Below are positions 24,153-33,802 of a stretch of DNA of 49,157 nucleotides, in pieces. The notes beneath the pieces were generated by a model. That model was not told the DNA's origin. It did no database searches and saw nothing but the letters and a program-made list of their open reading frames with translations. This DNA comes from a virus, in IMG/VR virus record IMGVR_UViG_3300048910_000190, positions 1 through 49,157 of that record; one strand, written 5' to 3'. Position 1 is the stretch's first letter. Each line of letters begins with the position of its first letter. The position numbers and the translations under genes were made by a program.

Positions 24153-24962
24153 TCAGAGGTTCTTCGCGGTGCGCCACGTGGTGAACGCCGCCACTAGCGC
24201 CTGGTCGACACCGACCGGAGTCGGCGGGGTGGGAACCGGGGCCGGGGCGGTGAGCGGCACGAAGGCGGTCGCATCACCCTGCTCGCCAAGGAGTCGGCCG
24301 AGGTCGTCGAAGGAGAAGGAGAAGCAGCCGCGAGCTCCGTACGACTCGCCCCAGGAGTTGCGGGCGAGCACCCGCTGCCCCGGTCCGTCGATGCCGTACA
24401 GCAGGAACTCGTGGCCGCCACGCACCGAGCCGGAGATGGAGACGAACCCGGCGGCGTCCGGGCTGTCGAACCCGGAGTACCAGTTGACGCCCACGATCAG
24501 CGGCATCACCGACAGGGCCTTCAGCGCGGCGTCCAGCGAGAATGCGTGCTGATAGCCGCTGATCAACCCGGCCTTCTGCGCAGCCTTCGCGACCGCGACG
24601 CCGGTTGAGCCCGTGTCAGTCGGCGGGTAGACGCCCTGGATAGAGTCCAGCCGCGTCGCCGCCGAGTACAGGGCCACCGCCTGCTGGTGGTCCGCCCCGG
24701 CGTCGCCCGTCGGACGGGCCGCGATCGACAGCGGTATCGCCCCGTACAGTGGGTCCGTCCCGGCCAGGGCCTCCGCCGCATGCCCGGTGCAGCTACCCGT
24801 CTGCCCCTGGTCGAGCACGGGGATGTTGATGGTGTGCACGGCCGAGCTGTACGTGCCGGGCAGCAGGTCCTCGGAGAGAGCGTAGGCGCGCGACCGGGGG
24901 TCGTGCTCGACGTGGCGGCCGAGACGTCCGATGCCGGGATGTTCGTCGATGAAGCGGATCAC
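24153..24962 (-). CDS. papain-like (C1) cysteine peptidase
   Basis: DQGQTGSC (Q, C), GGHE (H), RNSWG (N). Confidence 0.85.
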   Translation of the reverse strand: MIRFIDEHPGIGRLGRHVEHDPRSRAYALSEDLLPGTYSSAVHTINIPVLDQGQTGSCTGHAAEALAGTDPLYGAIPLSIAARPTGDAGADHQQAVALYSAATRLDSIQGVYPPTDTGSTGVAVAKAAQKAGLISGYQHAFSLDAALKALSVMPLIVGVNWYSGFDSPDAAGFVSISGSVRGGHEFLLYGIDGPGQRVLARNSWGESYGARGCFSFSFDDLGRLLGEQGDATAFVPLTAPAPVPTPPTPVGVDQALVAAFTTWRTAKNL

Positions 24963-24975
24963 AGGTGCTCCAAGG

Positions 24976-26124
24976 CTAGTTGCAGGTGAAGGGGAGGAAT
25001 GGTGGCCGGTGGATCCCGCCATCGCCGGTGGTCCCGGCGGCAAGCGCCGGGCTGTAGGACAGCGGCTCGAAGTGCAGGCCAGCGCTGGTCTCGTTCATCT
25101 GGCCGGTCCACAGGTCGAGCTTCTGCCAGGCCTGCCCGTCGATGACGCTGACGGTGTCGGGCTGGCCGCCACAGGAGTCGGCGCTGATGAGACGCCTCGC
25201 GTTGGCGGGGGCACCAACGCCCGTGTTGCCGGGGGCCGTCCACGGCCCGAGAGGGCCTGGGGCTGTGGCGTACCCGGTGCCGGTCCCGGCGCAGTAGCCG
25301 CAGCGGACGTCCGAGTAGGTCATGACCCAGGTGCCGGTCGCGGCGTCGCGCCACATGCCCATCGCCTCTACGAGGCTGAGCCCGGCGACGTTGGTGGCGC
25401 CGACCCCGGTCCCGTCCGAGCCCCACTTGGAGAGCTGCTCGACAGCGACTGAGGTGGTGCCGATCATCGGGCAGAGGAGGTAGATGCTGGTGCCGTCCGA
25501 GGAGGCGCTGATCCCGGGGTCACCGTTGGCGCCGTTGCACTGGTGGAGTGTCGGCCGGTGGGTAGTGCCGTAGGGGGCGCCCGCGCTGGCCCCGCACGGT
25601 CCGGCGGGCCCGTTACACCCCATGATCATGTAGGCGTGGGGCGCCGACCCGAGACCACTGGTCACGTAGCTCGGGGCGTTGAACCACAGCACCCACACCC
25701 CATCGTTCGCGCCCCAGCCCGAGCGCTTCACCATCCGCGGGGAGAAGCAACCCCCGCCACCCGTGCCGCACGTCTGCTGGTAGGTGTGGCCCGGGTTGTA
25801 CGGGTCCGGCGCTGCCGCCGGGAACAGCAGCTGCGGCGACGACCACGGACCCTCAAGCGCCGACGCGGTCGACACCCCGAAACCACACCACGGACTGGTG
25901 GTCTGCCACGTGAACCCACAGCCATACATGGTGCCGACCATGTAGTAGGTCGAGCCGTCCTTGTAGACCTGGCCATCGTGCAGGTCGACCCCCGTCAGCG
26001 TCACCGATGCCGCCGGCGCCAGTGCCCCAGCGGCCTGCGGGGAACACGCCCCCAGCAGCATGGCCACGAGCAGCAGCACGGCGGCTATGAGGCCGAACGG
26101 ATGGGTACGACGGGCAGACTGCAC
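24976..26124 (-). CDS. secreted lipoprotein, GH43-like beta-propeller glycoside hydrolase
   Basis: Signal peptide with lipobox LLGA-C; DLHDGQV...TYYMVG, GDPGI, VEAMGMW, GGQ; 12 further Cys. Confidence 0.65.
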   Translation of the reverse strand: MQSARRTHPFGLIAAVLLLVAMLLGACSPQAAGALAPAASVTLTGVDLHDGQVYKDGSTYYMVGTMYGCGFTWQTTSPWCGFGVSTASALEGPWSSPQLLFPAAAPDPYNPGHTYQQTCGTGGGGCFSPRMVKRSGWGANDGVWVLWFNAPSYVTSGLGSAPHAYMIMGCNGPAGPCGASAGAPYGTTHRPTLHQCNGANGDPGISASSDGTSIYLLCPMIGTTSVAVEQLSKWGSDGTGVGATNVAGLSLVEAMGMWRDAATGTWVMTYSDVRCGYCAGTGTGYATAPGPLGPWTAPGNTGVGAPANARRLISADSCGGQPDTVSVIDGQAWQKLDLWTGQMNETSAGLHFEPLSYSPALAAGTTGDGGIHRPPFLPFTCN

Positions 26125-26192
26125 GTGAGCTCCAGCGACAGGAGGGCCAGTTGTGCAGGAAGCTACAGACCGGCCCGAACAAGCCACTGACC

Positions 26193-26699
26193 TCAGGCGA
26201 TGCGCGTGAACCTGAGCCACGAGTTGCCGAGCATGTACGTCGTGGTCGCACTCGACGTGGCCTGAGCCCACCGCAACTGCACCGTCCCGGCGGTCGTCCC
26301 CATGATGATCGACGCGTGGATCGCGGCACCCATGTCAGTCGAGGCGTTCGTGGCGAAGGACCGAGCCGTCGAGGCCGCGTTGACGGTGGCCTCGTACTGG
26401 ACGGCCGGGCTGGTGGCGACCGCCCCGAACGAGGTGTACAGCAACCCTGCGCCGGTCGGCAGCGTGAAATCAATCTTGATGTCGCCGGAGCCAGGAGCAG
26501 CACCCCGAACCTGCAGATACCCGTCCATGATGTACGTCGCGTTCGCCTCCAGCGCTGCGAACAACTCATCGTCGTTCTGCAGCGTCGTCGAAGACGTCAC
26601 ACCCTCGGCCGCCGACTTGTAGACGACAATCGGCAGCATCGACGTCAGCAGCGAGCCAGTGATCCGCTGGCCCGCAGAGATAGCCGGATACGTGGACAA
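26193..26699 (-). CDS. minor tail protein
   Basis: GGAGGG RBS, TTG start; AGQRITGSLL N-terminus, TTLQNDDEL, GTVQLRWAQ beta-sandwich. Confidence 0.75.
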   Translation of the reverse strand: MSTYPAISAGQRITGSLLTSMLPIVVYKSAAEGVTSSTTLQNDDELFAALEANATYIMDGYLQVRGAAPGSGDIKIDFTLPTGAGLLYTSFGAVATSPAVQYEATVNAASTARSFATNASTDMGAAIHASIIMGTTAGTVQLRWAQATSSATTTYMLGNSWLRFTRIA

Positions 26700-26708
26700 G
26701 ATTCCCTC

Positions 26709-28844
26709 CTACAGGGCCAGGATCGTGGGCTGGTACAGGCGAATGTCGGTCCCCGCGAGATGGCTCATCGAGACGCCGTTGACCGCCCGAGTCACCGTGA
26801 ACGACTGCGGTGACGAACTGCCCGACACGGCGGTGACCGTCACCCGCTCCGGGCCCAGCGCAATGTCGAACGGCCAGTCCGCCGAGGCGCGCGTCCACAG
26901 TGGACCGGCCGTCACCGACACCGACAAGGTCGTCGCACCTGCCGACACACCCACCGCCAGAGAGCTGCCATCCGTGTCTACCCGACCCAATACGGCATCG
27001 CCCACCACGCCGATTCGATAAGGGCTCTCGGGCTGGCAGTTGAGCGTCACCCGGTGCTGGAACTTGTCGATCGACTCGGACGTGCCGAGCACCAGCTGCG
27101 AGATCGTGTCCGGGGGCAGCCACGACGGCAGATTCGTCACCACCACCCGGTCGCCGGGCCGCAGCCCGAGCACCGCGGACTGCAGCCCGGCCATCGACGG
27201 ATGTGCGAGGTTCACCGACAGCTGCGGGTACCGGGCCTCATCCACCGTCCCCAGATGCAGCCGCCAGCCAGCCTGATCAGCCGCGTCGCCATCCTCATGA
27301 AGGTTCAGCGTCACCGTCTCCGGGTACGGCCCCACCCCCGCCGGCGGAGCTGCAGTCGACAGAGCCCCCGTCGGCAGCGTCGCCCGAGCGAAGCTGCCGC
27401 CCTGCCGTGTCACGGTGATGTCGTTGCGGGTGTACTGGTCGTCGTCCTGCAGCGTGGGCACCTGCGCGAGCTGGTGCCCCGCGTACGACAGGGTTAGGGC
27501 CGGCGACTGGTTCTCGAGCGAGATCCGAGTCCGATATCCCAGGCCCAGTACGGACAGGGACTCGAAGAGTCGGCCGCCGCCCGTGTCGACGGCCTGCTGG
27601 ATCAGGTCGGGGATGGAGCCGCTCGACTGCACGCCCATCAGGGAGGAGGTGGCGGCCGTGCCGACCAGTTCGAAGCCGACGCCGGCTACCGCGCAGAGCC
27701 GGGCGATCCGATCAGCCACCGTCTCCCCGGAATACCCGGCCGCAGCGAGTGCGAGGGCCGCCGCGTCCGTGGGGTAGGACGGTGTCAGCTGGACACTGAC
27801 ATGGCCGATCACCGTATCCGGCAGGCCGCGGCCCGGCGCGATGCTGACGGACTGGACAACGCCCGTCGCAGGACCTGCCACGGACCCTGCAGCCACGTAT
27901 GGGGTGCTGCCGCCGACGGGCAGAATCGATAGCCCGTACTCGAAGAGGATGCCCCCAGCCTCGTCCAACGATGCGGTGACGTGTACTGGCAGCCCGTTGA
28001 GCGCCAGGGCGACAACGCCCGTGTCCTGTACGACTGCGCCCGTCGCGTCCCGGCCCCGCAGGCCAAGCTTGCCGCCAGAGGCCGCAGCGTAATACACCTC
28101 CCAGCGGGGGATGGTGCCGGTCCACGTCATCGCCGCCACGATCTGGCCATCCGTGGCGCCAGCAGCGGGGATCAGCAGGAGGAACCGCAGCAGCGTGTTG
28201 AACGGGTTGGTGCCGATCAGACCGCCAGGCGGTATGTACGGCGGGATGCTGCCGATGAACACGGCCGTGCCCATCTTCGGGAGCGGCGCCGAGCAGGCGA
28301 ACGTGCTGTCGGTGGCGAGCGTCGGCGCCCCGGTGATCACCATCGGGCGCACGCCCGACACTGCCGAGCTGAGCACCGATGCCCCCGACGGATCCTCCAG
28401 CGGCCAGTACGCGGCCAGCTGGTTGATGGGCTGACTGGCAGCCAGGGACACGTACATGGCGGAGCCGATCGGCGCCGACCCCTGCCCGAGGCGCCGCAGA
28501 ACGCCGGCAGCTTCCACGTCGACCCACACGTCCCTGCCGGTCACGTCCCACCGTGGAGGCCACGCCGGAACCTCGCCGAGGAACCGCACCACCGAGCCCA
28601 CCTTGACGCGAATCGGTTGGTTGCGGCCGATCAGCCCGTACAGCGGCGAGTACGGGTTGCGCGGGCTGAAGCGACCGTCACGGTTGTTGAGCTGCATCGT
28701 GCAGCGCCCCGGTTCGGTGCGGGAGCCTTCGTTCGGCTGGCCACGCGTGATGCTGACGTTGACGCTGCCGTCACGGGTCATCACGTATGAGGTGATGTCG
28801 GTCCAGACGCCGCTGATCTGCAGTTCTACGGTCGGGCCCGTCAC
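26709..28844 (-). CDS. tail tip/baseplate hub protein with LamG-like insert
   Basis: Follows the TMP; GVWTDITSYV, LNNRDGRFSP, AYWPLED, RNDITVTR. Confidence 0.8.
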   Translation of the reverse strand: MTGPTVELQISGVWTDITSYVMTRDGSVNVSITRGQPNEGSRTEPGRCTMQLNNRDGRFSPRNPYSPLYGLIGRNQPIRVKVGSVVRFLGEVPAWPPRWDVTGRDVWVDVEAAGVLRRLGQGSAPIGSAMYVSLAASQPINQLAAYWPLEDPSGASVLSSAVSGVRPMVITGAPTLATDSTFACSAPLPKMGTAVFIGSIPPYIPPGGLIGTNPFNTLLRFLLLIPAAGATDGQIVAAMTWTGTIPRWEVYYAAASGGKLGLRGRDATGAVVQDTGVVALALNGLPVHVTASLDEAGGILFEYGLSILPVGGSTPYVAAGSVAGPATGVVQSVSIAPGRGLPDTVIGHVSVQLTPSYPTDAAALALAAAGYSGETVADRIARLCAVAGVGFELVGTAATSSLMGVQSSGSIPDLIQQAVDTGGGRLFESLSVLGLGYRTRISLENQSPALTLSYAGHQLAQVPTLQDDDQYTRNDITVTRQGGSFARATLPTGALSTAAPPAGVGPYPETVTLNLHEDGDAADQAGWRLHLGTVDEARYPQLSVNLAHPSMAGLQSAVLGLRPGDRVVVTNLPSWLPPDTISQLVLGTSESIDKFQHRVTLNCQPESPYRIGVVGDAVLGRVDTDGSSLAVGVSAGATTLSVSVTAGPLWTRASADWPFDIALGPERVTVTAVSGSSSPQSFTVTRAVNGVSMSHLAGTDIRLYQPTILAL

Positions 28845-28853
28845 TTTCGCCCC

Positions 28854-31652
28854 CTAGTTCCGGCCAAGAGCGGTCTGCACGTTGCCGCCACCCCTGACCC
28901 GGACGTTCTTCCGTAGCCACTCGAACAGTTCGTCCCCAGCGTTGCCACCGGCCCACTCCAACTGCACCGTCTGCACGCCGTTGGTGGTCGCGGCTGCCGC
29001 CATGCGCTGACTGTCCGGGTTGCTGTGCACGGTCGCTCCATACGGCAACCGGACAAGCTCCGGCCCCTGCTCGCCGACCCACGTCATGCCGCCACGGGCG
29101 CCACCCGTCGCCGCGCCACCGATGATCCCGCCGTGCGCGTCGCCGTTGAGCCTACTCTGGCCGGCCTTCGTGTTGACGATGATGTCGATCGTCCTGCCGT
29201 GCATGCTGTCCACGGCGTCCTGCGCCTGGCCGACGACCCTGTACAGCTGCGACGCCTCGGCCAGCAGTCGCACCTCGCGAGGACCTGACGCCGTGTCGAG
29301 CTCCGTCTCGATGTCGGCCAGGCGCCGCTTCGCCGCATTGATGTCCACCGTGACGGCAACGTTCTTGTCGGGCACGTGCAGAATTGAGTCGGCGAGGTCG
29401 TTCGCCTGCTGGCTGGTCAGGCCCATCTGGCCCGCGAGGGCGATGAGCTTCGACTTGCCCTTGTCGTAGATTCCGTTGACGACGTCCAGCGATTCGCCGT
29501 TATTCAATGCTGCGAGGGCTGCCGCGTCGGTCTTCGCTGCGAGAGTCGTCAGCGCGCCCTCTTCGTTGCGGGCCTTCTCGGTTGACAGGTCCAGTACGCC
29601 ATTGCGCATGGTCAGCGCCCGGCCGTTATCCGTCAGAGCCTTGGAGGCGGCGTCGATTGCCGCCTCGAACCCGGCCATGCCGTCCAGGGCGGCGCGCTCG
29701 ACGTCGTTCAGATCCTGGATGGCCTGCTTCAAGCCCTGAGCGGTCAGCTGCTGGTCGGCGAGGAGCTTCGTGGTGTCCTGCGCCGCCGAGCCGAACGCCC
29801 CCATGCTGTCCGCGGCCATCTTGTCCATCAGGTCGAGGTCCTGCAGAGCCCCGTTGTACTTCGTGAGCTCGCCCGTCAGCTTCCCCGGGTCCTTGCCCTG
29901 CGCGGCGAGGGCGTCCTGCATCCGCTTGACGGCCTGGGCAGCGATGTCTGCATGGCCGCTCTTGACGAGCCCGGCGAGGCTGTCGTCCAGGGAGCCGATC
30001 TCCTTGGTGGCCTCCTTCATGCTGTTGGACTGGCCCATCCCCAACGTGAAGATCTTGTTCATGATGTCGTTGAAGTGATCCATGCCGGTGGACTTTCCGG
30101 CAACACGCTCCACCGCGTAGCCAAGCCCGTCGAGGTTCACCCCGAACGTCTTCGTCAACTCGCCCGACTTCTCGCCAGCTTGCCCAAGCGCTGTCAGCGC
30201 CGTCGTCATCTGGTCGACGTCAGGGGCGGCCTTCTGGCCGACCTCCGAGAGCTTCGAGATCACGAGGATCGCGAGGCCGATTCCGGTAGCAGCAACCGCC
30301 AGCTTGGCCTTGGTTCCGAGCGCACCGAACGCCGCACCCAGCGCGCCTAGGCCGCTGCCAGCTCCGGCAGAGGCCACCTGCAGCTCGAACATCTTCAGCT
30401 TCGCGATGGCCATGGCGTCACCCATGGCTGTGACTGCCGTCCCGAGCGTCTTGAACAGCGCGATGACCTTGGCCACCGCACCGAACGCCACGAACGCGCC
30501 CAGTAGAACGCCCGCGGCCTGGGCGAGGTCGAGGGTTACCCGCTTGTGCTCCTCGAAGAACGCGATGCCCTTCTGGATGACCGGGATCAGCTTCTCGCCC
30601 AGCGAGATCATCAGCGACTGGAGCTTCTCCTCGAGGCTCTTGACCTGGAAGGAGAAGGTGTGAGTCGTGTCTTCCCACGCTTGGGAGAAGTTCTTCGCCC
30701 CCTTCTCCAGGGCCGGGTACTTGGACTCGAGACGGTCCATCTGGCTGACCAGCACGTTGAGTCCAGCACCGGCCTTGCGGCCGAACGCCTGGGTGATGAT
30801 CTGGCCCTGTTGGTCGGCAGAGATGCCGGCCTTGTCCATGCGCGCGACGAGGTCCTCGAGGGCGAGCTTCAGGCCGCCCTTCTGCATGTCCTTGGCGAGG
30901 GTGTCAGTCTGGAGTCCGAGCTTGGCGAGAGCCTCGCCGCCGGACGCCACCGGCTTCGCCAAGGCCTGCACCGACATGCGGAGTTGCGTACCAGCCAGTG
31001 CACCACGGATGTTGTTGTCGCCGAACACGGCGAGAGCCGCGCCAACATCCGTGATGTTCAGGCCGAAGCCCTTGACGGTGGCGACCATGCCGGAACCGAA
31101 GGCAGCGGCCAGGTCCTGCATCTTCATGTCGCCGACGCCGACCGTCGCGTTGAGGACACCCATCGCCTGGTCGAAATCCTGCACACCCGGAATGCCCGAA
31201 GCCACCGCCGCCGTCAGGGCGTTGGTGACGTCCACGAGATCGGCGTGGCCGACGGTCGCACCCTTCGCGGCGGTCTCCGTCAGGTGCAGAGCCTTCTCCG
31301 AGGTGATGCCCATCGACTCGAAGTTCGACTCGACGTGGAACAGCGACTCGGCGAGACTGTCGGGGTCCTGGGCGACCTTCCCTGCCAGGCTGAGGACGCC
31401 CTTCTTCAGGCCATCCATCTTGTCAGCGCTGACGCCCGCCTGCGTGTGCAGCAGCGTCATCTCGGAGTCGAACTTCGAGGCCATCTTCACGGACTCGCCC
31501 AAGAAGGCGACCATCGCGACGCCAGCCAGCGCGGCCGTCTTGCTCACCTTCGCCATGGTGGACTCCATGGCGGTTGCGCTGCCCTTGGCCTCCGCGAAGG
31601 CCGGGGCCGTCAAGTTCTTCGCGGTGACCAGGATCTCGACGACGCTAGGCAT
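28854..31652 (-). CDS. tape measure protein (TP901-like core)
   Basis: 932 aa, Ala-rich helical; FDSEM..., AGTQLR, hydrophobic middle; C-terminal WVGEQGPELV. Confidence 0.92.
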   Translation of the reverse strand: MPSVVEILVTAKNLTAPAFAEAKGSATAMESTMAKVSKTAALAGVAMVAFLGESVKMASKFDSEMTLLHTQAGVSADKMDGLKKGVLSLAGKVAQDPDSLAESLFHVESNFESMGITSEKALHLTETAAKGATVGHADLVDVTNALTAAVASGIPGVQDFDQAMGVLNATVGVGDMKMQDLAAAFGSGMVATVKGFGLNITDVGAALAVFGDNNIRGALAGTQLRMSVQALAKPVASGGEALAKLGLQTDTLAKDMQKGGLKLALEDLVARMDKAGISADQQGQIITQAFGRKAGAGLNVLVSQMDRLESKYPALEKGAKNFSQAWEDTTHTFSFQVKSLEEKLQSLMISLGEKLIPVIQKGIAFFEEHKRVTLDLAQAAGVLLGAFVAFGAVAKVIALFKTLGTAVTAMGDAMAIAKLKMFELQVASAGAGSGLGALGAAFGALGTKAKLAVAATGIGLAILVISKLSEVGQKAAPDVDQMTTALTALGQAGEKSGELTKTFGVNLDGLGYAVERVAGKSTGMDHFNDIMNKIFTLGMGQSNSMKEATKEIGSLDDSLAGLVKSGHADIAAQAVKRMQDALAAQGKDPGKLTGELTKYNGALQDLDLMDKMAADSMGAFGSAAQDTTKLLADQQLTAQGLKQAIQDLNDVERAALDGMAGFEAAIDAASKALTDNGRALTMRNGVLDLSTEKARNEEGALTTLAAKTDAAALAALNNGESLDVVNGIYDKGKSKLIALAGQMGLTSQQANDLADSILHVPDKNVAVTVDINAAKRRLADIETELDTASGPREVRLLAEASQLYRVVGQAQDAVDSMHGRTIDIIVNTKAGQSRLNGDAHGGIIGGAATGGARGGMTWVGEQGPELVRLPYGATVHSNPDSQRMAAAATTNGVQTVQLEWAGGNAGDELFEWLRKNVRVRGGGNVQTALGRN

Positions 31653-31866
31653 CCTGGTCGTCCCTTCTCCCCAACTCGCAGATCTTCAGCAGCCGCCACA
31701 TCTCGGCCGGTTCAGCCAGAATCTCCGACGGCACCTTGTGCCAGCGGTCGCACAAGCCGATGACGGTCTCGGCGTGAATCAGCTCGCCAGGCTTGACGAC
31801 GGGACGTCCATCGGAATCGACGCCTCCAGCGACGGCTGCCCACCGCTGGAGGTCACGGGCAAAGGG
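31645..31866 (-). CDS. tail assembly chaperone, -1 frameshift extension (gpT equivalent)
   Basis: -1 frame from C-CCT-TTG gives PFARDLQRW...GLCDRWHKVPSEILAE... Confidence 0.75.
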   Translation of the reverse strand, partial: PFARDLQRWAAVAGGVDSDGRPVVKPGELIHAETVIGLCDRWHKVPSEILAEPAEMWRLLKICELGRRDDQDA

Positions 31867-32195
31867 GCGGAGATCCCCACGAGCGCGTCCGTCCACGCGT
31901 CCATGACGCGAGCGGCAAAGCCGGGCCCCTGAGACAGCAGCCCGTCCAGATTCGGAGGGATCGGCTCGCCCTCCTCCGTCTCGGCGTTCCACGCCACCAA
32001 CGCGTCGGCGAGCATCTGCATCGTCCGCTGCCGGCCTTCCAAGGCGCCCTCGCCGCCTGCATGGCCTGCCTTCTCAGCTGCGATGAACTCCCAGAGCTGG
32101 CCGGAGCTGAGCTCTCGGGCGGTCACCTCGAGACCCTCGTAGTCTGGGTCCTTGAAGACCAGCTTGTAGACCTTGCGCTGAACCTTGAATCCCAT
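31779..32195 (-). CDS. tail assembly chaperone (gpG equivalent)
   Basis: Between tail tube and TMP; LVAWN motif; slippery site near the 3' end. Confidence 0.85.
   Translation of the reverse strand: MGFKVQRKVYKLVFKDPDYEGLEVTARELSSGQLWEFIAAEKAGHAGGEGALEGRQRTMQMLADALVAWNAETEEGEPIPPNLDGLLSQGPGFAARVMDAWTDALVGISAPLPVTSSGGQPSLEASIPMDVPSSSLAS
31823..31866 (-). promoter_or_regulatory. programmed -1 ribosomal frameshift signal
   Basis: In-frame heptamer C CCT TTG (31866-31860), 7-nt spacer, hairpin CCTCCAGCG...CGCTGGAGG (31852-31823). Confidence 0.75.
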
Positions 32196-32207
32196 GCGGT
32201 GCTCCTC

Positions 32208-32615
32208 TCAGGCCCAGGTGGGGACGGTGCCGTCGGCGAGGACGCCGGGGACGCTGAACGTGAGCTCGCCGGACGCGGAGCGGGAGAGCGGGTAGTCGGT
32301 GTACAGCACCTCGTTCGCCAACGTGACGCCGTTGACGGTGAGTGTGGTGGTCCGGGCGACGCTCGTGGACGGCACCGTCTTGAAGACGTCGTGCGACTGG
32401 CCCGTGGCCGCGTTGAAGACACCCTTGAGCGTGACGCTGAAGTCGGCGAGCAGGAGCAGACGCTCCATGGCCGACTTGTCAATCCCGGTGATGTCCTGGA
32501 CGGCGCGCGGCGTCGCGAACTGCAGGTCCGTGATGTCGTTCTTGATCGTCTTGGGTGTGCCGCCTGCATCGTCGACGCTGCAGGTCGTCCACCCGAGACC
32601 AGAAGCCTTGGCCAT
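32208..32615 (-). CDS. major tail tube protein
   Basis: 135-aa beta-rich protein directly before the TAC. Confidence 0.75.
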   Translation of the reverse strand: MAKASGLGWTTCSVDDAGGTPKTIKNDITDLQFATPRAVQDITGIDKSAMERLLLLADFSVTLKGVFNAATGQSHDVFKTVPSTSVARTTTLTVNGVTLANEVLYTDYPLSRSASGELTFSVPGVLADGTVPTWA

Positions 32616-32618
32616 GGG

Positions 32619-33056
32619 TCAGCCCCTCTCGATACGGTCGGCGAGCCGGAGTTGGTTCTCGCCGAAGTCGTCCACCCAGTCAGCCGCGTTGGCGTGCTTC
32701 CGCACCGCGCCCGGCGCGCGCCAGTCGCCACCCTGCACCAGGTACAGCTCAGGCCGGTCTAGCCGCACCTGATGGCTGCTGGACGCGAAGCACTCCTGGC
32801 CAGCCTCGAAGCTGAAGCGCGTTAGGCCGGTGGGCAGGCGCTCCTCGGTGAAGCCCCGGCCGGACTGACGGCGGATGTAGTGCGCCTGCTGCTGTCCCAG
32901 CACGGTGGTCTCGTCGATCGTCGACTGCCAGCCGTTCAGGTGGGCCTCGCACTCGGCCTCGGCGCACGTCGCCGGGCGGAAGTGCGTCGCCTGCGGGGAG
33001 ACGATCCGGTACGTCTGGTATGCGTCGGGCGGCAGCGCCGGCTCGATCCGCTGCAT
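32619..33056 (-). CDS. hypothetical virion-module protein
   Basis: ATG 33056 (MQRIEPALP...), TGATG coupling; CAEAEC...CF...H. Confidence 0.75.
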   Translation of the reverse strand: MQRIEPALPPDAYQTYRIVSPQATHFRPATCAEAECEAHLNGWQSTIDETTVLGQQQAHYIRRQSGRGFTEERLPTGLTRFSFEAGQECFASSSHQVRLDRPELYLVQGGDWRAPGAVRKHANAADWVDDFGENQLRLADRIERG

Positions 33057-33802
33057 CAGAACACCACCCCTGCCACCTCGTTGCGTGTGAGGTGCACAGC
33101 AAACGTCACGGCCGTGACACCGCCGCTGGTGGTGGTGACGGCGCGGACGTACCGACGGATGGTCGCGGTGTTGGCGGTGGCGATCCGCTGTGTGAACGGC
33201 GCGGCGGTGACGGCGGTGAAGGCGAGTCCGGAGACGTCGGCGAAGCTCACGTTGTCCGCCGAGTCCTGGATCTTGATGGTGACGTCCGTGCCCGTGAACG
33301 CAGACACCTGAACGTATGCCTGAGCCCCGAAGCTCAGTGCCGCCCCGAAGTCCACCGAGGCGCCGTTCGTCGCCGCCGAGTCCGTCCGCAGACCCGCAGT
33401 CAGCAGCACGCCCCACTCCAGCCCGAAGCCGTCCGCCTCGGCGTCTACAGCGAACGTGAAGTCGCCGGCATTGGTCCTGTTGCCGTCGTAGTTGAGCTGG
33501 CGGCCGACGATGCTCGCGCACGGGCTGCCGAGGGTGGTGCCGCGGCAGTAGGTGGCGACGACGTCAGCGGTGGGAAGCGCGGAGAGGACAGGATGGGCGG
33601 CGCCGAGCGCGGTGTTGAAGAACGCGCTCCAGCTCATGGAGCCGTCGCGGATGCCGCCGATCCGTTCGAAGGCGCTCTTGTTGATGCCGGTGACCGCGAT
33701 GGGCTTCGGGCCGCCCTGGATCTTGGAGAGGGCGCCGATGTCCCCAGACAGGTCATAGCCGCCCACGTAGAGGTTGTCACCGAGCCCCGAGCTCTTCGTC
33801 AT
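33056..33802 (-). CDS. tail-tube-like protein with extra C-terminal beta domain
   Basis: ATG 33802; N-half aligns by eye with 32208..32615 (KSSGLG/KASGLG; TGINKSAFER/TGIDKSAMER). Confidence 0.7.
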   Translation of the reverse strand: MTKSSGLGDNLYVGGYDLSGDIGALSKIQGGPKPIAVTGINKSAFERIGGIRDGSMSWSAFFNTALGAAHPVLSALPTADVVATYCRGTTLGSPCASIVGRQLNYDGNRTNAGDFTFAVDAEADGFGLEWGVLLTAGLRTDSAATNGASVDFGAALSFGAQAYVQVSAFTGTDVTIKIQDSADNVSFADVSGLAFTAVTAAPFTQRIATANTATIRRYVRAVTTTSGGVTAVTFAVHLTRNEVAGVVF

